DNA of 64,000 bases, taken from contig CM060733.1 in NCBI GenBank assembly GCA_030704615.1, positions 49,476,001 to 49,540,000 on the forward strand, written 5' to 3'. Shown in pieces: positions 1-11,352 of the stretch. Origin of the DNA: Takakia lepidozioides (taxonomy: Eukaryota; Plantae; Bryophyta). Each line of letters starts with the position of its first letter. The first letter of the stretch is position 1. Below the pieces are notes generated by a model. That model saw nothing but the letters and a program-made list of their open reading frames with translations, made no database searches and had not been told where the DNA came from. The position numbers were made by a program, and so were the translations under genes.

Positions 1-1512
1 GGGGTATGCAGTGGGTTTCAAGCATGTTTGTGGCCATGAAGATAAGTGGTGATTACCAATAACCGGTGATGTTGTAATAGCCAAACAGAAGAGATAATTG
101 TTCATCCATTTTGAAACACCCACCCCTATTGAGAAATCACCTGCTATCTTCACACCGTTTCACCTATTTCATGCCCATGGCACAAGCCAGCCAGACTGCG
201 TCAATCACCGGTTATCCCAAAAACATGCTAGTGGAGTAGGTTTGTGAGATTGCGGGTAATGTGAATCACTGTTATTTTTCATGGTGACGCCTGTACAAGA
301 ACAAGAACAAGCGGCTAGTCGCGTATGGCTCCTCCTTACACTTACTGGAATCTACTTTCATCCATAATAAACTTGAAAATTGATCTATTTATTTTTCACA
401 AGTTGTTCAACAATGGAGATGTTACCTGAAGGAGGTTGCTAGTTGTTACCTGGAGAAGGCTTGAAATAGTTTTCAGCAAATGAGAGGAGGAGGGGCTTAG
501 CTATTTTTGACACTGTCTCCTCTTTACAATAAAGAGAAGCCAATAAAATAAATAACCGTTCATTCTAATCACCGGTTAGTATCTTGAACCCAAACAGAAA
601 ACCCACTAAATACTTTTGGATCCCAAAATCTGCTACACATTTACTGTCAAATTTTCTAATATAAAATAGAGAAAAAAATTATTATGTTAATTGAAACCCC
701 ATAGACTCTTGATGGGGAAAATCAACCCCCTTTCTGTAAACAGAGCCCCTGCCCCAAGCAGAGGAAACCAACAGTGGATTGAACATTGAACCCCAGACCG
801 GCCACGTGCCATAGTCCTGGAAATTACATGTCTGACAATTTTTCTGGATGCACCAACTTTTATTCCCTTTTTTGGAGAAAAAAGGGCAAAAGGGCAAGCA
901 ACAAGCCACACACCTGCCAGTAAGTTACTCTCAGTGCACGGAAAGTGGGTGGCCTGCTCTTCAATTGCTACCAACTTGCAGGGCCTTACAATCCTCGTAT
1001 GCAATACAAAGCGCGTACTCTCCAGTCCTGCTTTGTCTCCTGCATCCAACTTTAGAAAGCCCTTTCCTTAATCTCACTCAGAAAAGCTGTGCTATAAAAA
1101 GCTCCAATTCCCTGGGCCCGCACACCAAGATCAGCAGAGCAAGTGCCGGGATGCATCCCACCTCATCACTCCCAGCGCTGCATGCAAACAGGTACATTGT
1201 ACAAGGCTGTTCCCCCGTACAGTGAACGTATTCCCTTAAAGAGAGAATGTGTTCTCTTGCAGTGTGTAATTTTGGTAAAGGTGACATGGTGGTAGGTGTG
1301 ATAAAGGGTGATTGGCGGTGTAAAGAAGAGGGCTGAGGACCGCAGCCGCTTCGTGTCCGTCTTGGTTTCTGCTCCGTCTTCACACTGTTGGGTTCTGTTT
1401 GTTGGAGGTTTTTCTGAGGGGTTTAGGGGTGTTTGGTGAGCGTGCTGTGGGTGGGTTTGGAGTGTTTCAGTGTCATCTTCTGTGTCTGCATCCGTGTGTG
1501 TGAAGTGGGTCG

Positions 1513-4013
1513 ATGAAGATAGCGGAGAGGGCCTGGCGGATACAAGTGGTGGGCCGTAATGGCAAGGAGATCATCAAAGGCGGTGTTGAAGTGTCCGATG
1601 ATGTGTGCCTCCCTTCTCCCTACATTTCTCTCTGCTCGTTTGGTTTCAGGAGTTTTTCACTGCTCTTTGCACATTGTAGTGACCTATGGGTTTTTTCGAG
1701 GATGTTGGCCAGCCAGGAAGGGTGTTCTTTTCCGCGTCCTGGTTCTTTTATGGCAGATTGTAAATACAGAGACATGAAGGAGTGATGGCTGAAGGATGAC
1801 GACTTGGCAGGACTCCCATTAAATATCTAAAACGGCGACCATCCTATATGTATATGTGTGCATTTAGTCATGCATTTGGTTCGCACTCCCTACAGTGACG
1901 CCTGATACGATGGCTATAAGATATGGGAGGATGATGTTCCGTTGTTTGTGGTCCAGAGTACCAAATCCGTTTGTGAACCACGGGTTTCGTAGACGCGTTT
2001 TTCCTCTTCGGATCGAGGACTCGATCTGCTGCACCATTTATATACAACCCTTACTATAAGCAGTTCTTTCTGTCTTTGTAATTGCGCCTGGTGCAATGGT
2101 GTGGGTGCGTCAGCCTTGCACCCAGAGCAGGACTAAGGGTGGCAGGGACACTTCAGTTTTCAGTTGTATGGAAAGGCACAGACGAGACATGCTGAGGAGA
2201 GAGACGGAGAGAGAGGATTATATATTTGAAGAAGGGGCATATAGGAAAGGAGTGCAGAAATGCGCTCGCCAAGGGAAAGCGGATAAAAATCCTTACTTTG
2301 GAGGAAGGGAAGGGAAGGAACGTTCCATGTAGGACGTTTCATGGTTCTTGGTTGTAGATAAACCATGTTCTTAACTTCATCTTTGGCTTTCAGGAGATGA
2401 AAGACTTAACATGTTGGGCTGATTTGGTGAGATATAAAAAAGATGTTGTTCCCTATGGACAATCTTCTCTCTTACATTACACCTTGTGTGTTGATGATTT
2501 GCAGAGCACAGTGTCTGATCTCAAGAAGGCCATTCAGAGGCGCAGTAAGTGGCTGCCCCTGTCCTTCTGTTTCCTTGTCCCTGGTAGCTTGAGTTTTCAG
2601 ATGTGTGGCTTCTCCTTATTTCAGGCATGCTTCATCGAAGAAACTGTACTCAGTAGTGCAAATATGGTGCTAAGTAGCAAGATGCTTTTTCTACAGATCG
2701 GAAGTACTACCCAGAACGACAACGGCTCACTCTTCCTGTGGATCCCAGCCAAAAGCGCCCTACTGTTCTGGAAGGTAACAAGAAGCTGAAGGACTGTTTC
2801 ACCAATGCAAACCCACAGGTGGTCTTCAAAGACTTGGGACCTCAAGTGGGATACAGCACCCTTTTCTTCTTTGAATATGTCGGCCCACTGCTATTATACC
2901 CTATCTTCTATTACTACCCCGAGATTTATACCTTCTTTGGCCTCCCATCCCGCAAAATTACCTACCCTGTCCAGACTTATGCTCTCTATGCGTGGTGCTT
3001 TCACTACTCGAAACGAATTTTCGAAACCTTCTTCGTCCATCGGTTCAGTCATGCAACTTCTCCTCTTGCCAATGTCTACCGGAACTGCTTCTATTACTGG
3101 GGATTTGGAGCCTCTATAGCCTACTTCGTAAACCACCCTTTGTACACCCCTGTCAGCAAGGAGCAAATGTATGTGGGTTTTGCAATCTCAATTGTGAGCC
3201 AGCTCGCAAACTTTTACTGCCACATTATCTTGAAGAACTTGCGGTCACCAGATGGAAAGGGAGGCTACCAGATTCCATCAGGCTTCCTGTTTAACTATGT
3301 GACGTGTGCAAACTACACAACCGAGATCTATCAGTGGGTTGGATTCAACCTTGCCACACAGACCTTAATGGGTTACCTCTTTGCCGCAGCGGCAATGTAC
3401 ATCATGACTGTCTGGGCCCTTCAGAAGCACAAACGCTTAAGAAAGGTACACACCCCTGTCATTGACCTCTTTTTGGCCGGCTTGTCATTAATATTTAAGA
3501 ATCCACATGATGCATGCCTATGCACTATTTGGTAATGTTGAATGGATGAGTTGCATATTATTTACAGCTCACAAATTTGGTGTAGCGGCATCTCCTCTCA
3601 TGTCTCGTCATATTTCGTAATCATTAGCATGAAAATCTCCGTCTGAGTACTTGCTCTACCTGAAAGAGCCTCGTGACACGACTAGAAATCTGTTGTTGTA
3701 ACTTGTAATACAGCCCATGATATAAGATGTGAGCTGTAGGCAGGACCAGTAAGTCAAGGAACATACTCCTTGTTACTGAGGTTGGAAGCTCTTTGAGTAA
3801 AACCATCATGTGAAGTGGATATGATGGGTTGAGTTCCTAGTATCGTCTTTATACTTTTGCCAGATCAATCTGGCTACCTTGAAGTTTCTCTAAGGCATGC
3901 ATCTTCAAATATGCTTACTTTTTTACTCTGTGGATCTTTGGCAGATATTTGATGGCCTGGATGGTCGGGTCAAGTACCCACGGCGGTGGGTGATCCTACC
4001 CCCTTTTCTCTGA
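1513..4013 (+). CDS. ECR: Very-long-chain trans-2,3-enoyl-CoA reductase (ECR/CER10/TSC13 family), 4 exons: 1513-1602, 2505-2544, 2697-3445, 3945-4013; 315 aa
   Basis: GT-AG junctions give a continuous frame: [57 protein letters not shown]...FKDLGPQV...HRFSHATSP...NYTTEIYQW...[29 protein letters not shown], matching plant ECR end to end. Confidence 0.96.
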
Positions 4014-6016
4014 AGCACCAGCTTGTCACTGTCACGCCAAACTACGAGAAGTTGAAGTTTAAACTGATCCCTGGCTCATGTTGGGACAGTATCTTCACAT
4101 TGTGGAGTAGAGATTGTCGGAGATACAGGAGGAATGAGAGCTCAATTGCAACATTGGACCCTTAGAGATACAAGGGGAAGATCCCAACGATTAGTTGTCA
4201 TTCTCATGAATTTATTGATTCATCCCTATCTCCCTTCCAAATTTGGCACTACATCACAAGGATAGTTGAGGCAAGTAAGCATACACAGTCTTTCCCATGG
4301 AATCGTGCATGTGGTTGATCATCAAGATGGTGGTGCCCAGATTCTACACTCATTTTTGGTCCCTCCCCTATAGCTGAAGAGGCTGCATGGAATTCTTCCT
4401 ATCTTTGGTTACTAGGTTTTCATGAGTCTATTCTTGTATAGAACAATCGAGCACATATTTTCATCCGACTTGTAAGAATTGTCTTGATAATTATCAAGTC
4501 ATAGGAGATAAGTATAAGCCTGCATGGGGCCTGTACAGGCCATGCACATCCCTCTCACTTCACCAGATTGATTAGTTGGAACTCTGAAATTTTGAAAAGC
4601 AAACCTTGTTCAGTTTGGTAGCACAGACCGTGATAGAGAAACTTGAAAGCGCACACTAGAAACATCATGGGATGTTTAATGATAAATCACCAATAATACA
4701 TCAATGACTTGTAAGTTATCTACTACTCTAATCAGAATAACCTCCTTTTGTGCAAGTTTTTTGGCAAGTTTCTCTTAAACCCTCACTATTGAGACAGTAA
4801 ATTGGCAACCTGTAAGACAATGTGTAACCTTCTAAAATGTTCAACGGCCTATTGATCCCACATGATCTAAGCCAAGTCACACACCATCAAGGGCAGATAG
4901 GAGATACACTTCCAGGGGCTCGATGTGTCCATCTCTGAAACTTATTAAGCAAAGCCTCCCTCCCTGAGATACCGCCCCTGCTTCACTTCTGTCTACTCCC
5001 ACTGCTGCTGGTCTGCAGCCCTGTTGTGCATTGCATTTTTTCTGTCTCCACTGAGAGACCCCGGCATGAGAGCCTCCACCCCCATCCACTCAAGGGAGAA
5101 GAGAGAGAGAGGACAGGGGGGAGGGGGCACTGAAATTTCTTGTGCCAAGCCAGGGCCAATGCCAAGCCAAGCCAAGAAAAGAAAAGCATACAAGGTTCAA
5201 CAACGATGCGGGCAGGTTGAGCTTCCTCTAGCTGGCACTTGATAATCGAACCAGCGCTGAATGCACACCCTCTCTCCACAATTCATCTGCAGCATAGCAA
5301 CAGGCCTGATCAACTCTTATTCACTCTTGAGTGCTACCTGGTCTAGAAAAGATGCCCAGGCCTCTTCTGTGTGCCTGAGGGTGAAGAGATGAAAATCTAG
5401 GACACAAGCAGCATGGAAAACCGTGGCGGGTGGGCAATATGTGACAAAGAATGAGAGAGACCAATGTGGGACTAAATGGTGGAGGTCTCTGTGCTCACAC
5501 AGTATTGTAGGTAAAGAACAATAGATCACATAGAGATGGAAAAGAAATCAGGGGATAGAAAATGATCCAATACATACCTGTCTTTCCCTTTTTGTAGAAC
5601 ATGCAAAGATTGCCCCCTGTACAGAACACTTGCAAGCCACCCTGTCAATGCAGGAACCGTAAGAACTCTGTCCCTCACTGAGACACAAACTGTGTAGTCC
5701 GATGACAGCCATGGGTCACATCTGTGGCCAAATTTTAGGAGCTAATGCAGCCATTGCAGACACCATATTTTGTTTGCTAACATGATCTTGAATGTCTTGA
5801 ACAACTGCAATCAGATAGCCATTGGCTCCACCAGAGCCTATCACAACTTGGTCCTGCTTTCACCCTCTGGTGGGTAGCCTTCACTCTTGCAGGAATGATA
5901 TGCGACGGAGGAAACGTCCTCAACAGTACGTCATAGCCTACATACCCAGGGATCAGTGAATGAACCAAGGAGCTGCCTAGCCTTAATGGATAAAGCAAGA
6001 AACTTACACTATCACT

Positions 6017-9000
6017 TCACCAGTACTCCCCACAAGAGCAAACCCCATCTTCGAAGTGGTGAAAGCGGTTGGCATCCCGTACAACAATTGCTCGCCTAAC
6101 AATCTTTGAGATGAACTTGGTAGCTGTGTGGCAGTCACCGCACACCCGAAGGTTCTTGATGACACGAAGACGTGTCCCTGGGGCTGTGCTGATTAGCCCA
6201 AAAGCAATTGCCAGCCTCTCACTGTGGTGGCAAAGAGAAAATTCCTTTTGCTCCTCCTCCATATCATGCAACACAAAGCGAGTGTCAGGGACATATCCTG
6301 CCTCCTTCATCTGCCCAGACAATCTTCTCAGCTCAGCATGAATCTCCTCAATTTGTGGATGCAATTTGTCATCTACCACAAACGAGTGCACTCCATTGCA
6401 AACCTCAATGCAGCAGCGACCTGGCTCCTTTCTGACACCTCTGACCTTCATCATTTTTCTCACCTTTGCACTATCATCCCACCTGCCAGCTGCGGCATAG
6501 ATATTTGATAGCAACACATAAGTCGTAGCGTCCTGTCGATCCCACTTGAGGATGATTTTTGCTGCACGTTCTGCCACCTCCACATTGCCATAATTTCTGC
6601 AGGCACCAAGCAAGGGTTTCCACACCATAGCATCTGGTTGGACTGGCATCTTGTTAATGAAGTCCTCAGCTTCATCCAATCGCCCTGCACGGCCAAAAAG
6701 GTCCACCATGCAGCCAAAGTGCTCCACTGTAGGAGCGAGGCCATGATCTCGAGTCAGGGAATCAAAGTAGTGTCTGCCTTCATCCACTAAGCCCCCATGG
6801 CTACATGCTTGCAGAACACATATAAAGGTGATACTGTTAGGCTGCAGGCCTTCCTTCTGCATTCCGTCAAATAGTTGAAGGACCTCCCTACGACAACCAT
6901 GCTGGGCATATCCTGCGATCATCACATTCCATGAGACCACATTCCATTCAGCCATATTATTGAAAACTCCCTTTGCATCCTCAATGCTCCCACATTTGGC
7001 ATACATGTCCACAAGGGTATTGTTCAGAATGATATCTGGTACAATCCCAGCTTTCATGATATCACCATGGACCTCTTTGCCCTTTTCTAGGGCTGCTAGG
7101 CTCGCACACGCGTTGCAAATGCACACAAATGTGACCTGGTCTGGCATCACCTCTTCCCTCATCATTTGCTCATAGGTCTCCAAAGCCTCCATCCCGCACC
7201 CATGCTGGGCATATCCTGCGATCATTGCACTCCATGATACCACATTACGTTCAGTCATACTGTCAAACACTGCCTTTGCATCCTCGATGCTCCCGCATTT
7301 GGCATACATTGCCACGAGGGTAGTGTTCAGAATCACATCTGGTACAATCCCAGCTTTCATGATATCACCATGGACCTCTTTGCCATTTTCCAGGGCTGCC
7401 AGACTTGCACATGCATTGCAAATGCACACAAATGTGACCTTGTCTGGAATCACCCCTTCCCTCATCATTTGCTCGTAGGTCTCCAGAGCCTCCATCCCAT
7501 ACCCATGCTGGGCATATCCTGTGATCATCGCACTCCATGACACCACATTTCGGTCAGCCATTTTCTCAAACACGGCCTTTGCATCCTCAATGCTCCCACA
7601 TTTGGAATACATGTCCACGAGGGTAGTGTTTAGCATAACATCAGGTACGATTCCAACTTTCTTGATGTCAGCATGAACCTCTTTGGCCTTTTCCAGGGCT
7701 CCCAGGCAAGCACAAGCACTGCAAACGCAAATGAACGTAACCAGGTTTGGCTTCACCCCCTCCTGCATCATTTGTTCATAGGTCTCCAAGGCCTCCATCC
7801 CAAACCTCTTCTGAGCATATCCTGCGAGCATCGCACTCCATGAGATAACATTTCGTTCAGTCATGTTATCAAACACTACCTTTGCATCCTCGATGCTCCC
7901 GCACTTGGCATACATGTCCACAAGGGTCGTATTCAGGGTAATATTTGGTACAATTCCAGCTCTCATGATGTCAGCATGGACCTCTTTGCCCTTTTCCAGG
8001 GCTCCCAGGCTGGCACACGCATTGCAAATGCCCACAAACGTGACCTGGTTGGGCTTCATCCCTTCCCGCATCATTTGCTCATAGGCAGTCAAAGCTTCCA
8101 TCCCGCACCCATGCTGGGCATATCCTGTGATCATGGCATTCCAGGACACCACATCTCGTTCAGCCATATTGTCAAACACTCCCTTTGCATCCTTAATGCT
8201 CCCACATTTTGCATACATGTCCACGAGTGTGTTGTTCAAAATGACACCTGGTACAATTCCAGCTTTTATGATGTCAGCATGGGCCTCTTTGCCCTTTTCT
8301 AGGGATGCCAGGCTTGCACACGCATTGCAAATGCAGACAAACGTGACCTGGTTGGGCTTCACCCCTTCTTGCATCATTTGCACATAGGTCTCCAAGGCAT
8401 TCCTACCACAGCCATGCTTGGTATATCCTGCCATCATTATAGTCCAGGACGACATATTTCGTTCAGGCATTTGATCAAACACTCTGTGTGCATCTGCAAT
8501 GCTCCCGCATTTGACATACATGTTGACAAGGGTGTTGTGCAGAAACACGTTTGGCTTGAATCCATTTTCGATAATGTGGCTGTGCACCTGTCGTCCCCCT
8601 GCTAGACATTTTACCTTGATGCACGTACGCAAGAGACAGACATAAGTGTCTGAGTCTGCTGAAGTGTCTCCATGGTTCAAGATGTGCATGGCCTCTTTCA
8701 GTTGTCCTGCCTCACATAGTGTCCTCACATGCTCACAAGTGCCAGAGTAGATCTTTTGGACTCCCTCTCTTGGCCCTCTTCCAGAAGTGATGGGCATGGT
8801 GGAAGTGCCTGACTTTATCAACTGTCCTGCTGCTCCTTCCAGCTGACTATATACCGACGCAGGCTTCTTGTAGCTATCAATCCACAACGGCTCTTTGGTG
8901 CAGTTGTGCTTCAAATCTGGCCCTGCTGGATGGATCTGGACCCACACCAATCCCTGCCTCATTCAGTTATCCCTGCCACTACACAATAATGCATAGCTCC

Positions 9001-9790
9001 TCCCCCTTGCTGCTAAAAGCCGACAATGTCATCCTAAAGTTTAAAGTAGCAAACACCACAAACCTGCTTGCCACTAACAAGTTCCTGTGCTGAATTTCTG
9101 TCAAGACACTAAGAATTTGTCGAGGCGAGAGGGTGCTTCCGCTCTAACATAACATGCATTTACCTTTCTGTCTCTATTGTCCCACCATTGACTGGGGTTT
9201 GCGAAATATTCCTTCCATAGCTTCTCTTCATCTCTGTTCTCAGTTTTTGGATATTTGCCTGCAACCTCATTGGCAGTAACATGTCAAAAATACTCTGAAC
9301 CACCATGGATCCACCCGATGAGCTACAAAATCCTTGATTAAAAAGTGCAGATGAATCTAATGACAGGACAAAACAAGCCTAAATGCGTTGAAGGAAGGAG
9401 GTCTCACCACACTGTGCTTGATCTCGTGTAATTGAAGCAGCTAGCTCTTCTTTCACCCAAGGAGGATCCAACCAACTCTCAATGCAAAGGGCATCCAGTT
9501 TGTGCTGCTCATGTCTGTGGTCCGATAATCTTAGATTGGTCTGTGAACACCACCAGAGTGTAGCTCAGCAGCAATAGTTTTTAAACACAGGCTCCAAGCC
9601 AATCTTCCCAGATACTGTCAGCAATGCATTTTCATGGCTTGCTTAACAACTGATGATACATAGAGGAAAAGCCACATTGTAGAATAGGCAAACTCCCTCA
9701 CATCATACATGAAGAAAGCCGCACCCTGCCTTTGCAGTTGTCCCACCATTGTGAAGGATCTTCAAAGAACTCTTGCCAGCACTGCTCCAT
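6017..9790 (-). CDS. PLS-class PPR-E1-E2-DYW protein with N-terminal OSB-type PDF motifs; predicted exons 9790-9725, 9540-9408, 9258-9164, 8935-6017 (1070 aa; true start may lie further upstream)
   Basis: The main exon has about 20 L/S/P motifs, a PG box (KEPGRCCIEV), HSERLA, CGDCH and a terminal CSCGEYW. The upstream exons have GT-AG ends with compatible phases (0,1,0) and encode MEQCWQEFFEDPSQWWDNCKGR / TNLRLSDHRHEQHKLDALCIESWLDPPWVKEEL... / KYPKTENRDEEKLWKEYFANPSQWWDNRDRK / IHPAGPDLKHNCTKEPLWIDSYKKP. PPR-DYW identity is near certain; the 5' exon model is a prediction. Confidence 0.88.
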
Positions 9791-10169
9791 GCACCATGGT
9801 TGACCTTTGTGCCAGAAACTGCAAGAGCATCAAAAGTTTGACAGGTTCCTTTCTGGAAGTGTGCTGGAGTAGCTTTAGGCAACATTCACTAAAGTCATTT
9901 TTAACTCTATCTGAAGAATGAGTAATGTGTCCGAAAGCTTCAAGATCATCAAAACTTTGACAGGTCCATTGGGGAGGAGTGCAGGACTGCTTCCAACAAC
10001 ATCCACACAAGACAATCTGGGTTCTATGTAGCACAATGAGAAACATACAGATATGTCCAAACTTACAGATGCGAAACAAGCTCGTGCATGACAAGGCTGC
10101 CCCTCTGTCAGGCCATTTGCCAGTCAGTCACAATCACTTTCAGCTTCAAGTGTCAAAGGAGCTCCACCA

Positions 10170-11089
10170 TCCACATCTTTCCAGAATCAGGACACTGTTC
10201 TTGAACTTGTTTGATGGAAATTATACTTTCTTCCACCCAAGGAAGATGAAACCAACCCTCAATCCACAGGAACTCCTGCGTGCACTGCTCATGTCCGTAG
10301 TTTGGAGATTGGTCTGCGAAAGCCACATTGGTGCAGCTGAGCAGCCACAGCTTTAATCAACAACCCACCTACCCCTTGCACTGTCCAGGATAATAACCTT
10401 GGGCATCCTACTTTCATGTCTTCACTTAGGAAAAACAACCTTCGATATTGAATACTGAGAGTAAGAGCAGCTGCAGAATAAACCAAGATCCTAAGTCAAC
10501 TCAACATCTAGGAGTAATCCAGTCCACAAATTCTTATAATACGTGAGTCAGTCAAACTCCCTCCATGACCGACTGCGTCACATCCTACATGCAGAAAGCG
10601 CACATTGTCAACGCTGTAGTCCAAACCTTGCGAAGGATTTTTACAGAACTCCTCCCAGCGCTGTTCCATACTTCAGCAGTGACCTGCGTGCCAGATATTC
10701 TAGTTTTCAGAGGACAAGGGTGTTAATTATAGCCCTCTGCTTCTTCGACCAGATAAAATAGTTACGTCAAAGGGACAATTCCAACCCTGGATCCTATAGA
10801 GCATACAACACCGCGACTCCAAAAGAAGAAACCGAAAACTGTCTCGTGCTATACCTCATTTCATGGGCATCCGGGAGGCGCCATAACCAGCAATTGCAAG
10901 GACCTCCGGTATGCCACTTTCAGCTGCACGGCCCTTAGTCTGCTGCGTGATGGGAGGCCTCTCGCATGACCGAAACAACAAGACAGGACCATGGGTGTCG
11001 AATCCGCATTCGAGGTGAGAAGCAGACCCACCCCCCACCATGGCGTAAGAGAGACAAGCAGCGGAGATGCGGGCCCATTTGCAATTCAA
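10170..11089 (-). pseudogene. Degenerate additional PDF-motif exon pair and upstream N-terminal exon of the PDF-PPR-DYW locus
   Basis: 10669-10604 encodes MEQRWEEFCKNPSQGLDYSVDN followed by GTGCGC. The exon from 10313 is a frameshifted paralog of the 9540-9408 exon (FLWIEGWFHLPWVEE in a shifted frame). 10856-11089 is homologous to 61772-62104. Confidence 0.7.
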
Positions 11090-11352
11090 ACCCGTGCAAC
11101 CCTTTTCATGATCTGAAAGCTGTCACAGGTTTAGAATACCAAGTTTGACTCAACTCTCCATTGTCTCTATCACCTTCGTGGAGACAGTAACCAGAGCTCC
11201 GACACAGCCCAAAAGAAAAAAAAAGAAAGGAATTTGAAGGGGGATGTAGTTGTGGGGATTGCAGTGCTAGGAATTTGCATGGTTAAGGAACTTAACAATC
11301 AAGCTTGTAAAGCCATGGCCAGTCTGCAGAGCTCTAGTAACATAAGCTTGTT

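Noticed and set aside
3446-3535. C-terminal tail VHTPVIDLF... of the 265-aa ORF
   Set aside because: Intron readthrough; the conserved ECR C-terminus is in exon 3945-4013.
4860-5990. Short ORFs and splice-like sites between ECR and the PPR gene
   Set aside because: No recognisable protein; most likely 3' UTR or intergenic sequence.
6017-6440. U-to-C (DYW:KP/GRP) editing domain
   Set aside because: The domain has HSE rather than HAE, a PG-type box and an EYW end.
6960-8605. Repeated plus-strand ORFs opposite the PPR gene
   Set aside because: Antisense shadows of the 303-nt PPR periodicity.
8936-8962. ORF-track start MRQGLVWVQ of the 981-aa PPR
   Set aside because: It lies in the predicted intron: the acceptor GTCCAG at 8936 is conserved in the 27 kb paralogs, and upstream exons complete the PDF motif.
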